Below are positions 29,893 to 40,100 of a stretch of 64,000 nt of DNA, piece after piece (position 1 is the first letter of the stretch; each line of letters begins with the position of its first letter). The notes under the pieces are model-generated. The model searched no databases and was not told where the DNA came from. It saw only the letters and a program-made list of their open reading frames with translations. Source of the DNA: Planctomycetota bacterium. Its GTDB lineage: Bacteria > Planctomycetota > UBA1135 > UBA2386. The stretch is taken from contig CANMWZ010000022.1 in assembly GCA_947501605.1 (NCBI GenBank), positions 1-64,000 on the forward strand, read 5' to 3'. Made by a program: the position numbers and the translations under genes.

Positions 29893-31812
29893 TCAGGGCA
29901 GGTTGGCGTTGACGAAAGCGCCGATCGTCAGGTTGCGCCGCTCGACGAACCCGAGCAGGAGACGACCGCCCGCTTGCCGCACTTGGACCTCACCCTGATT
30001 GAGGCTGCCGTTGCCAAATCCGGCAGGCAACCGCCAAGTCTCGCCACGGTCGGTCGACAGCGTGACCGTTCCACGAACGGCGTCGAGCGCGGCATCTCCC
30101 TGGTGCCAAGTGACCGCAACATAGTCGCCGTCGCCGGCGAGCCGAGGGGCAGCAATCGGTTGGCCGCCCGCATCAAGGCGCGTGCGCGCAGGAAACGAAG
30201 TTCCAGCGTCGCCCGACCGCGCAACCCACAGGGCACTACCGTTCGTGGTGTAGGCCACGTAGACGCGATCGCCCGACGCGTGGACTTGGGGCTCGGCGGG
30301 TGTGCCGTCCTCGAGGCCGCGCACTGCCACCTCGGGAGTCCGCCAGTTGGCGCCGCGGTCCGTCGAACCGTTGTACGAGATGCCGTCGACAGTGCGCCAC
30401 ACGACATGCACAGAGACGCCGTCGAGCAGCAACTGCGTCTGCGACGCCGCGCGCCCAGGTGCACTGAGCCGACGATCGGCAGACCAGGTAGCACCCGCAT
30501 CGGTCGAGCGGGCGACGTAGAGACCGCGTGCCGCTGGCGAGGCGCGGTCGTCCAAGTACGCAGCCACGACCGCCGCGCCGTCGGCCACGATCGCAACTTC
30601 CCGCTGGTTGCTGCCGTTCGGACTGATGGCGCGCGACGCTGCGAAGGTCGCCCCACCATCGGCGGAGAAAGCAACCGTGGCGCGCGCCTGTCCGAGTGCC
30701 GGGTCGCCCGCGATCCAGGCCGCATAGACCAGACCGCCGCCGCTGGCGAGTCGCAGCCCGGCGACTGGCAACGAACCAGAGTCGAGTCGGACCGCAGGCT
30801 GGAAGCTGCTACCACCGTCGAGCGAGAGCCGGAGCCAGACCTGCTGGCCGTCACCGATCCACGCCACGTGAACCACGTCGCCGGCCGCGAGCGTGTGCGG
30901 TTCCGTTGCCACCTCGGCTGCCGATAGCACGAGCGGCGCGGCAAAGGTCTGCCCGGCGTCGTCCGAACGCGCGTACGAGATCGTCGACGATGCGATGTAG
31001 ACCGCGTGCGCACGCCGATCGTCGAGCCGGAGTTCGAGGCTCGAGACATTGCCGGCATGGCTGTCGATGCGGCGGTCCGTCGCCGCGAAACTCGGCGGAA
31101 AGGGCATCATCGCGAAACCATCGGGAGGCAACTGGTCGCTGCCAAAAGGCGTCGTCACGCCGACGCTGACCGGCCCCGTCTGAAAGACCGAGGGCGTGCG
31201 GCAGCGCAACGAATTCGGCGACTCGGCCACGACCGCGGTCGCGAGCGCGCCGCCAAACGACACTTCCGTCGCGATCGAGCCGCCTAGCGCGAGCGCCGAA
31301 CCGGTCACGCGAACGTCGAGCGGCTGGCCGCCGAAGGCCGACGTTGGCTGCACGGCAACGAGGTCCGGCAAGCCGGAGCGACGCACCGTCAAGGCCAGCG
31401 CGAGAGAAGCGCCGATGCGATCGCGCACGATCAGATTGACCGTCGCGACCGCGGGCGAGGCGACCGGATCGAGCTCGAGCAGCAAACTTGGACCCGTTCC
31501 CGGAGTCACAGGACGCAGGCCCAGAACCTGGGCCGCAGTGCCGGACACTCCCACTTCCCACTGCAGCGCATCGCCATCCGGGTCGGCAGCGACAAACGTG
31601 ATCTGCGCGCCACCGCTGGCGGGCACGGTCCAGGCCACGGCGGGCGCGGTGCCGGTGATCCCAGCAGGCAATGGCACGATCGGCGCGCCATTGGGGATCA
31701 CGACCGGGGTCGAGCCGCCACCACCGCCACCACTGCAGGCCGCGCCGACGAGGGCTGCGGTCGCGAGCAGTAGGGAAAGGAGCGAGAGACGGGGGTGGGA
31801 CGTGGGCATCAT
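29893..31812 (-). CDS. Lipoprotein with Ig-like/IPT-TIG domain and BNR (Asp-box) propeller
   Basis: Lipobox GAAC plus Gly run; IPT/TIG pattern; repeated SxDxGxT/S(F/W) Asp boxes. Confidence 0.78.
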   Translation of the reverse strand: MMPTSHPRLSLLSLLLATAALVGAACSGGGGGGSTPVVIPNGAPIVPLPAGITGTAPAVAWTVPASGGAQITFVAADPDGDALQWEVGVSGTAAQVLGLRPVTPGTGPSLLLELDPVASPAVATVNLIVRDRIGASLALALTVRRSGLPDLVAVQPTSAFGGQPLDVRVTGSALALGGSIATEVSFGGALATAVVAESPNSLRCRTPSVFQTGPVSVGVTTPFGSDQLPPDGFAMMPFPPSFAATDRRIDSHAGNVSSLELRLDDRRAHAVYIASSTISYARSDDAGQTFAAPLVLSAAEVATEPHTLAAGDVVHVAWIGDGQQVWLRLSLDGGSSFQPAVRLDSGSLPVAGLRLASGGGLVYAAWIAGDPALGQARATVAFSADGGATFAASRAISPNGSNQREVAIVADGAAVVAAYLDDRASPAARGLYVARSTDAGATWSADRRLSAPGRAASQTQLLLDGVSVHVVWRTVDGISYNGSTDRGANWRTPEVAVRGLEDGTPAEPQVHASGDRVYVAYTTNGSALWVARSGDAGTSFPARTRLDAGGQPIAAPRLAGDGDYVAVTWHQGDAALDAVRGTVTLSTDRGETWRLPAGFGNGSLNQGEVQVRQAGGRLLLGFVERRNLTIGAFVNANLP

Positions 31813-31888
31813 GCGGGATGCACCAGACTAGCCGCACCAAGGCCGTTCGTTGCAGCCCCTCCCCTCACTGCCCGGTGCCCGACGCCGC

Positions 31889-33001
31889 TCAGCCGAGCTG
31901 CTTCCACTCCTTGATACTGGGCAGTTCCTGCAGCGACGCGAGACCGAACCGCTCCAAGAACTGGTCGGTCGTGCCGTACTGCAACGGGCGTCCCGGGACA
32001 TCAGCGCGTCCGGTGACCCGGACGAGCTTGTGCTGCAGCAGCGTTCGAAGCATGGGACCGGCTTTGACACCGCGGATCGCTTCGATCTCGGCGCGCATGA
32101 CCGGTTGGCGGTAGGCGATGACGGCGAGGGTCTCCAGCGCTGCTGGCGACAGCTTCTCCATCTTCTTCACGCCGCGAAGACGCTGCAGGAAGGGGAAGGC
32201 GTCCGGGCGCGACAGGAACTTGAGCGAGTCGCCCGTGCGCACGATCTCGACCGGTAGCGCCAGCTGGTCGAGCCATTGCTGCAACGACGGCAGCGACTGC
32301 TCCACGAGCTTCTGCGTCGTATTGCAGGCCTGCGCGAGGCGAAACAGCGACAGACCTTCGCGCTGGGACAACAGCAGCACGAAAACGACCCGCGACACGG
32401 CATCGGCATCGGCAAGCTCGGGCACCGGCGGCAGGCCATCCTCGCCATCGCCGACCATCGACTCGTCGATCTCGAGGGTGTCTTCCGCCGCGTCGAGAGC
32501 GGCCGCGGCATCCGCGGCGCTGACCATCTCGACGACCGGCTCGCTGTCCGGCTCGCTGTCCGGCGCGCGCTCGCCTTGGATTGGATCCTCGACCTCGGGA
32601 GGCAGGCACGCCGCCATGGGAGCGGCCTCCGACAGCACCGGGGGAACGAGCTCTATCGGAGTCCATGCCGCGGGGGCCAACTCCTTTGCGATCGCCGCGG
32701 ACTCGTCCAGCGACCCCGCTCTCGTCGCCGCCTGGAGATCCTGTTCGGGTGCCGCAGCCTGAGGCTCGTTGTCCTCGCCCGCTCTGGGGTCGAGGGCGCT
32801 CATGTCCGCGATCCCGCGCGAACGCAGCAGCGCTTCAAGCTCACGACGTCCCAGGCTTGGGGAAGGCATCGGCTGACCGTCGCTACCGGCATCGTCGATC
32901 GATTCCGTACGGCGATGGTCCGCGTCCAACAATGCCCGCTGGCGCGCTGCGCCTGGCTGATCTCCAGCGTCCGCGGCGGAGTCCCGCATGATTTCGTCCA
33001 T
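31889..33001 (-). CDS. scpB: SMC-Scp complex subunit ScpB with a long acidic N-terminal extension
   Basis: LSPAALETLAVIAYRQPV.RAEIEAIRGV, GRP.QYGTT..FL..FGL.SL.ELP. Confidence 0.93.
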   Translation of the reverse strand: MDEIMRDSAADAGDQPGAARQRALLDADHRRTESIDDAGSDGQPMPSPSLGRRELEALLRSRGIADMSALDPRAGEDNEPQAAAPEQDLQAATRAGSLDESAAIAKELAPAAWTPIELVPPVLSEAAPMAACLPPEVEDPIQGERAPDSEPDSEPVVEMVSAADAAAALDAAEDTLEIDESMVGDGEDGLPPVPELADADAVSRVVFVLLLSQREGLSLFRLAQACNTTQKLVEQSLPSLQQWLDQLALPVEIVRTGDSLKFLSRPDAFPFLQRLRGVKKMEKLSPAALETLAVIAYRQPVMRAEIEAIRGVKAGPMLRTLLQHKLVRVTGRADVPGRPLQYGTTDQFLERFGLASLQELPSIKEWKQLG

Positions 33002-33013
33002 GGACGGAGCCTT

Positions 33014-34003
33014 CTATCGTGGCGACGGCAGCTTGTCATCGGTCTTCGCCTCCACCGCCCCGCGCCATCGCAGCGTGTAGGCATTGGTCTCGATGGGAGT
33101 CAGCGGCCGCTTTTCGAGTTCGTGGTCGATCTCTGGCTGTGCTTCCGCAAAGCGGACGTCGCGACCGGGCAACCGCTCGAGGCAATAGACCAGGTAGTAG
33201 CGGCGATCCCCGCCGATCGTCCGCTCGAACACCTGCGACAGCTCGCCCTTCTTGAGCGCCAGCGCGACGTCGGTGACCGGGTGCGGGAAGCTCACGCCAA
33301 ATGCCGGTAGCAGCCCGCCGTCGCGGCGCATCGCGTCCTCGGACAGGCGCAGCGCCAGCGTCGCAAAGTCAGCGCCGGCACGGACCTTCTCGGCCGCCTC
33401 CTTCAGCACCTGCTCGTCCTTGTTGACGATGTAGCGAACGATGACTCGATCTTCGCGCAGCACGAGGTAGCGGACGACATAGCCCTGATAGAGGCGCTGC
33501 GCGGTGCGCAGCTCGGCCGTCTTGCGCCAGTCATCGAGTCGCATGCCGAAGATGCGCCAGACGTAGTCCTCGAAGGTGACCTGCCCGGCAAGTTCTTGCT
33601 GCACCTGCTCACGCAACCGCTTCTCCTCCTCGTCGGCGAGTTGTCGAACACGCTCGTTCGGAACGCGGATGTCGAACTCACGCGCGTGTTCGGCGACGAG
33701 CACGTCGGACACCAGCAGGTCGACTGCCGACAGCGCCAGCTTGGGCTCGGCCGACAGCAGCCGCGCAAAAGCATGGCTCTGGCGCAGCACGGTGTCGCCG
33801 ATGCGGGCAACCTCGGCGTCGCCTTGGTTCGCATCCGGCAGCAGGACCTCGGGGCCGTAGTCCGACAGCTGCCTCGGCTCCTGGGGAGCCTGCACCACCA
33901 CCGGCGGCGGCGACACTGGCCGGCTGCGCACGACCACAGGTCGCGGCTTTGGCCCGCTGCAGGCGGCGGCAGCAGCCATGGCCACCAACAGCGCCCGGCG
34001 CAT
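33014..34003 (-). CDS. Parvulin (PpiC/PrsA/SurA-like) peptidyl-prolyl isomerase lipoprotein
   Basis: Lipobox AAAC; GADFATLALRLSED...DGGLL...LKKGELS. Confidence 0.8.
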   Translation of the reverse strand: MRRALLVAMAAAAACSGPKPRPVVVRSRPVSPPPVVVQAPQEPRQLSDYGPEVLLPDANQGDAEVARIGDTVLRQSHAFARLLSAEPKLALSAVDLLVSDVLVAEHAREFDIRVPNERVRQLADEEEKRLREQVQQELAGQVTFEDYVWRIFGMRLDDWRKTAELRTAQRLYQGYVVRYLVLREDRVIVRYIVNKDEQVLKEAAEKVRAGADFATLALRLSEDAMRRDGGLLPAFGVSFPHPVTDVALALKKGELSQVFERTIGGDRRYYLVYCLERLPGRDVRFAEAQPEIDHELEKRPLTPIETNAYTLRWRGAVEAKTDDKLPSPR

Positions 34004-35490
34004 CAGTAGGCCTTGAACGAGCGGACGTGCTTCGTGCCGTGGCAGAGGTAGCACTTCACCTTGACCACCTTGTTGGTGTTCGCTTCGAGTTCAGTCTGCG
34101 TCCCCAGTCCGGTGCACGCAAAGCACGGCTGCGTGTAGCCACCGGTGACGACAAGCTTGCCGCTGAACTCGGCGTAGTAGGCGCGCAACCAGTTGGTCTG
34201 CTGGCTGCGATCGGCGTCGGCCCACCATTCCTCGTCGCTCTGTTCGCGCGATTCGCCCGGCTGGCCAGCGGCAGCATTGCGGCGCTGCTCCATCATCTTG
34301 CGGATCGCGCGCGTGATGCGCTCGAGCTCGCGTGCCTCGGCCGGGTCTTTCTCGGACTTGGCATTCTCCTGACCCTGCTTGGTGCCCTTGAGGATCGCAA
34401 CCTCGCCGAGCACCCAAGAACCGATGCCGAAGCTGAAGTGCTCGGTGCGGCGCCCCAACGGGTACTTGTCGCGGATGGCGAACAGCGACTCGACTTCGGG
34501 AACCTCGAGCTCCAGTCGCTTCCCGACTGCCGCCGCGATGTCCTCTGACATCTTGCTCTCGGCATACTCACGTGCCGCACTCAGAGTGACCCCGGACTCC
34601 TGCATTTTTTTGTCGCCGACAACCTGGATCGTGCCGCGCCAGCGATCGGCCACCTGCTGGCTGAAGAAGCGCGTGCGCGACTCCTCGAAACGCTTCTTCT
34701 CCCGATCGAAGTCGGCCTTGAGGCGGCTCTGTGGGAACTCCTTGTCGAAGCGCGCAATCAACTCGCGCCCCTGCTTGAAGTCGCGCGGCGTCGCGCGCGT
34801 GCGCGCCACCTGGATCCCATCGAGCAGGTCGCGCTCCTTCTTGGCCGCGACGTAGAGCTTGGCGCGCTCGAGCTGCGGCCCGATGCGTTCTGGCGCGCGC
34901 GAGTTGCCGAGGTCTTTGGCCTTCTGCAGGTGATCGGCGGCGCGGACGTAGTCGCGCGTTCGGATCAGCTCGTCCGCGAGCTGCACATGCAAGTCCGCAT
35001 TGTCACCGGGTGCGATCGCGCCGAGCCGTTGCACGTAGAACTCGTCCGGCGTGTAGACCTGAGACACCGGCACATCGATCTTCCTGACGCTGGTGATCTC
35101 CTTGCTCGGGATGCGGTACTGCACACCCTTGCCTTGAACCACGAGCACGCCTTGCGCCTGCTCGTCGCCGACGCGGCCGAGCACGGTCTGCGGCGAGCCG
35201 TTGAGCATGTAGCGAACCTCGCGCACCGAAACCGTCAGTTCCCCCTCGTCGTCGCCGACCAGCGCGTAAGACTGCTGCACGCGACGCGCGCAATCGGGCG
35301 TGAGCTGGTCCCAACGCAACTCGAGAACGCCACCGTTGTCGAGGCGCTTGATGCGCAAGCCTTCGCCGTAGGCATCGTCGACCTGCGCCAAAAGCACCTG
35401 GCCATCGGCGAGTTGCAGGGTCTGCGCCGCGACGGGTGCGGCAGCCAGCAGAAAGGCCAACAGGAACGGGATCGTTGAGAGGGCTCGCAT
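34003..35490 (-). CDS. Exported hypothetical protein with a C-terminal DnaJ-like Zn finger
   Basis: Signal peptide (VAA-Q); C-terminal CFACTGLG...CYLCHGTK. Confidence 0.7.
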   Translation of the reverse strand: MRALSTIPFLLAFLLAAAPVAAQTLQLADGQVLLAQVDDAYGEGLRIKRLDNGGVLELRWDQLTPDCARRVQQSYALVGDDEGELTVSVREVRYMLNGSPQTVLGRVGDEQAQGVLVVQGKGVQYRIPSKEITSVRKIDVPVSQVYTPDEFYVQRLGAIAPGDNADLHVQLADELIRTRDYVRAADHLQKAKDLGNSRAPERIGPQLERAKLYVAAKKERDLLDGIQVARTRATPRDFKQGRELIARFDKEFPQSRLKADFDREKKRFEESRTRFFSQQVADRWRGTIQVVGDKKMQESGVTLSAAREYAESKMSEDIAAAVGKRLELEVPEVESLFAIRDKYPLGRRTEHFSFGIGSWVLGEVAILKGTKQGQENAKSEKDPAEARELERITRAIRKMMEQRRNAAAGQPGESREQSDEEWWADADRSQQTNWLRAYYAEFSGKLVVTGGYTQPCFACTGLGTQTELEANTNKVVKVKCYLCHGTKHVRSFKAY

Positions 35491-35494
35491 CAGG

Positions 35495-35962
35495 TCACCT
35501 CGACAGGTTGTGCTCATTGCGGAAGGTCTGGATGCGTTGCGACAGCGGCAGTTGCCGCGGCACGACACGCAAGAATTCTTCAGTCAGGGTTTCGCCGCGC
35601 TCGAGCCACGCCACCTGGATGCGCAGCAGCACCACGTCGGGGCGAGCCGCATCCAACTCCATCGTCGCCGACATCGTCATGCCCTTGGCGCCTTCGATCG
35701 GAGTCGTGGCCGGCAAATCGAGCTCGAGGTCGAACGGCGATTGCGCATCCGCACGAAGCCGCAAGCCGGTCAAAGCGATGCGGTGGACAAAGTCCTCGAC
35801 CGCCTCTTGCGCGACCAGTCGCGCGTCGCTGCCGCGGCGCAGCGACATGCTGTCGCCGAGCGCCAACAAGAGCGTGGTCACGCCGACCGTCAAGATCGAC
35901 AGCGCCACCAGCATCTCGATCAGCGTGAAGCCGGCCGAGGTTGGTTGTGAGCGCTCAGCCAT
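35495..35962 (-). CDS. Minor (pseudo)pilin, GspI/PilV-like
   Basis: Class III signal G|FTLIEMLVALSIL; small size. Confidence 0.85.
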   Translation of the reverse strand: MAERSQPTSAGFTLIEMLVALSILTVGVTTLLLALGDSMSLRRGSDARLVAQEAVEDFVHRIALTGLRLRADAQSPFDLELDLPATTPIEGAKGMTMSATMELDAARPDVVLLRIQVAWLERGETLTEEFLRVVPRQLPLSQRIQTFRNEHNLSR

Positions 35963-37151
35963 TCCAGTCGTCCTTGCCATGCGGCAGTGCGATCGTGAAC
36001 TCCACCGTGCGCCCGACCCGAACGATCGAAGATGCCGAATGCGGGACCGCGCGGGTGCCGCGCTGGCCTCGACGGCAACCGCGCAGCTCATCCCCCACAC
36101 GCTCGACGTAGCGAATCCACTCGCCTTCGATCTTGGCAAAGCCGCCATCGCTCGCGCCCGGAAAGCGATCGCCATTGATCAGTGCGATCACCGTCGTGTC
36201 CGCCTCGATCGGGTCGTCGAGCAAGCCCTCCTTGGGCCGGCTCTCGTCACTCGCCACCACCAGCGTCACGCGCAGAGCCCGAGGGTGAATGTCGTCCGAC
36301 GGATCGGCAAGACTCTGGCCGCCGCGGTCGAATCGCCAGACCGGACCGAGCGCTGGATCCTCGAGGAACCCGCCCCGGGCTGAGTCCCACACTTCCTCGG
36401 CACCGCTGGCACCCTGCGCCGTCCAGCTCGTCGTCGTCTGCGACCACATCTGCAGATCGGCGTAGAGCAGGTCCGATACCAGGACCTCGGTGTTGGCGTG
36501 GAGCACCAGCGACGGCAACTCGGCGCTGCCAGGCAGCAGAACGGAAAATGGATCGACGGATCGTTCGGCGTCGAACGGGATCAACTGGTCGATCAAGAAG
36601 CGACCGATGCGAAGTTCGAGCAGCGCCCCATCGCTCGAAAGCGGCCACTGCGCCAGCATGATGCGACCGCGACCGCGCAGGCCCGAGGAACTCTGCAGCT
36701 GCGCCGCGCGCGCTGCGATCGTCGCTGGCTCGGCATCGGCGCCGAGTTCGATCGCTGCGGCCACCAGCATCGCGTCGCCCTGCAGCTGTTCCTCGACGAT
36801 TGGCGGCAAGGTGACAGAAGCGCGCAGCACGAAGGCCCGCGGGTCGCTAGCCGCCACACGGGCAGGGAGACCAATCCCAAGACGCTGCACGAGGAATCGA
36901 TCGTCAGGCACTCCGGGATCGAGCTTGCGGGCGTCGGCGGTGACCGCTCGCAGTTCCCGTTCGACACGGATGCGTGCCGCCTCGGCGCGATCGGCCAAGG
37001 CCTGGCCGGCCTCGCCTTCGTCGAACAGTCGCACGCCCGAATCGACGAACTGCACCAGCATCGCCAGGAAGCCAGTGAGGATGCCGAGCACGACGAGCAA
37101 CTCGATCAGAGTGAAGCCCGAGGCGCCGCGACAGTGGTGCTGGCAACTCAT
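35955..37151 (-). CDS. Minor (pseudo)pilin, GspJ/PilW-like
   Basis: G|FTLIELLVVLGIL. Confidence 0.85.
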   Translation of the reverse strand: MSCQHHCRGASGFTLIELLVVLGILTGFLAMLVQFVDSGVRLFDEGEAGQALADRAEAARIRVERELRAVTADARKLDPGVPDDRFLVQRLGIGLPARVAASDPRAFVLRASVTLPPIVEEQLQGDAMLVAAAIELGADAEPATIAARAAQLQSSSGLRGRGRIMLAQWPLSSDGALLELRIGRFLIDQLIPFDAERSVDPFSVLLPGSAELPSLVLHANTEVLVSDLLYADLQMWSQTTTSWTAQGASGAEEVWDSARGGFLEDPALGPVWRFDRGGQSLADPSDDIHPRALRVTLVVASDESRPKEGLLDDPIEADTTVIALINGDRFPGASDGGFAKIEGEWIRYVERVGDELRGCRRGQRGTRAVPHSASSIVRVGRTVEFTIALPHGKDDWNG

Positions 37152-40100
37152 CGAGTCGTCCCCGCCTCGCGCACGATGCGACCCTCGCCTTCGTACTCAA
37201 CCACGATGTTGCGGACCTTCGGCGCGGTCTTCCAGCCATGCGACCGATGCGTCTGCAAGTCGAGGCAGCCTGGCTGATACACATGTACGAAGCGCAGTTC
37301 GAGCTGCGTCGCCTGCAGGTCGAGAACCTTGGGCGCCGTCTCTCCCGAGGATCGTTCGAGTTCGCGCAGGAACGGTGAGATCTTGGTGTCGCCGTTCCAA
37401 GGCATGCGGGCATCGGCTCGCACCAAGCACTTCACGTCGACGTTGGGGTCGGTCGTCTCCTCTTCCCAAGAAAGTGTGCGCAGGTAGACCGGCGCCTCGC
37501 GAAGCGTGAACTGGAAGTAGGCCTGTTCTGGATCCTCGTTGCGCGCGACGAATCGGTCCCAATAGCGAATCGGCATCAAGATGACCGGCTCGCCACTACC
37601 AGCACCGACCGGCGCCGTGCCGTAGCGGCCGCGGAACAGACCGCGCGCTGCCATACCATCGCCTTCTTCGCCGGGCGGGAACATGCGCGGCATCTCCAAG
37701 GAAACGGCGGTGCCGAGGCGCCGAGTCCAGGTGTAGTGCAGCAGTTCGTTGCGATTCAGCAACACGGTGCCGAACTGCGACGGCAGCGCACCTTGGGCCT
37801 GCAGTTGGATCTTCTCGTTGCGTGCCGACACGGAACCGGTCGTGATGCCGCACGGTCGATGGGTCAAGAAGTGCACGGCCTCGCCGCGGTCGTGGCCGCG
37901 CGGCTGCGTGCCAAGGAGGCCGCGCGCGTTGCGTGCCACGGTGAAGGTCCCGCCGGCGTGCGACTGGTAGGCCAGGATCTCGTCGCCGACTTGCACCAGC
38001 CCACCGCCGGCCGGGAAGTCAGGCGTGAGGTCGGCACCGGCGTAGACCAGTCCCTGCGCCGCGACATAGGCCGTCGGTCGCACCAAGAACTGTTGCGAGG
38101 AATCAGTGAACGGCTCGTCGATGACGAGGTCGTAGGCACAGTGGTCGGCGACATTGATCTCGTCGACCAAGCCGTTCACGATCTCGCCATTGCCGGCATT
38201 GCCGCCACAGACCACCGCGTCACACGCAGCCGCTGGCAACTCGCCGCTCGGGAACTTGACGATGCGGTCTTGCACGCGCATGTCGGTCACCTGTTGGCCG
38301 CGCTGCGGACCGCGAATGAGGCTCTGCACCGGGGCCTGAAACGCGACCAGCTGGAACGGATCGGGACCGGTCAGTTCAGGCGGTGGATTCTGCGATTGCA
38401 GGTCGCCAGTGAAGTCGCGGCACGACCAGTTGACCGTATGCCACTCGACCGAGGGACGGTTGGTCCCCGTCGAGGTGCTGCCCGCGATCATCGCGACTCG
38501 ATCGTTGCGGCCGGGCCGCCCGGTGATCGCCCCGAAGTTGCCCCACCACAGATCGAACCGATGGCACGGCAGCGCCTGGCTGTTGGTGTGTGCGTGCGAA
38601 CTGGTGCGCGTGAAGGGATCGCCACGGAACTGCAGTGCTTGTCGCGTCTGCAGGATTTGCGGGTAGTCGCTCTCGAGCTTGGGGATGTAGCCGATGTAGC
38701 CACTGGTCGTTGCCACCGCCGGCCACGGACCGCTGGTAACGACCGCATCGCCGCCACTCGGACCGAGCGGGCCGACGTTGACCTCGTTGAGTGCGAACTG
38801 GTTGGTCAGCACGAAACGGACGCCCTCCCAGGCGCCGCGGAACGTGCGAACGAGATGCGAGCGATCGACGATCGCGTCGTAGCGCACCCACTCGGTGTCG
38901 TTGGGCGCGCCACTCGAGAACAGTTGGACCCACTCCGTCGTACCGGTCGTCGCCGGATCCGGCATGTCGGCCGCGTTCTGCAGCGCTACCGAAATTGGCA
39001 CGACGTTGAGAAGGCGCAACGGATCGTCGTCGAACTTGGCCGGTGGCTGCGACCGCGGGTCGGCCAAATTGTCGTCCCAGTCGACGACGAAGTTGTGCGC
39101 CGTGCCGTCGAACCACTGCGCCTGGATCTGACTATTGTTGCCCGGCAGCGTCACCGCGCGCTGCACGCCGATCAGCCGATTGCCCTGCCGGCTCGTGTAG
39201 CGGATCACTTCAATACCGCCGACGAAGACGGGCGAGGCAACCACACCGATCGGCGGCGTGAAGCGGAAGCCCTTTTGCACCAGCAGCGCGTAGCCGCCGC
39301 GTTGCGGGAAGGCGTTGGCGATCGCTTCTTGCGCCGCGGGCGGGCGCTGCGTGCCAGTAGGCCTGGGGTCGGCAAGCTCCAGATCGCCAGTCCACGTGAT
39401 GTCGAGTCCCTGGCCGATGCGGATCGGCGGCAGGCCCTGACCACTGAGCACGATCGGTCGACTGTTCGTCAACCAACCGCGGGCGACGGCGAACCCACCG
39501 AGGGTGTCGACGGTCGAGTTGCCGAAGTACAGCAGGGTGTCGATCGACGGCAGCGCTGAGTAGCCGTAGAGCTCGACCTGCGAACCCACTGGGTGGTCCG
39601 GAAACTGGTCGAGATTCGCACCCGCTGCCAATGTGGTGATGTCGATGGTCGGCCGACCTTGGGCATCGACCGGCACCTCGGGCCGGTGTTCGCGCGCGAT
39701 CTGGCGCGCGCCGCGACCGCCGGTGGAGTCGAGGGCCTGACAGACGAGACTGTTGCCCTGGACCGCGACGTACTCGAAGAGTTCGAGACCAACGCGCACG
39801 ATGCCTTGCGCCGGGAAGCCCTCGGTGCTGTCCACCTGCAGGATCACAAAGCGCGGGTCGTTGGTCTCCTGCCCTGGCGGCCCGGGTGGACTCTGCTGCG
39901 GGTCGTAGCCCGGCAAGGCGGCCGTGAGATGCGTGCGAAAGCGAACTTTGCCGCGCGCGAACCCGTCGACGGCAACGGCGAGATCGCTGGGTCGGCCGCC
40001 GTAGGCAGTGGCGGCAACGTGAACGGCAGCGCGACCAGGCAGAGACAACTCGGCGAGCGGCAGCTCCCAGCGCAAGGACGAACGCGGCACGCCTGCGGGC

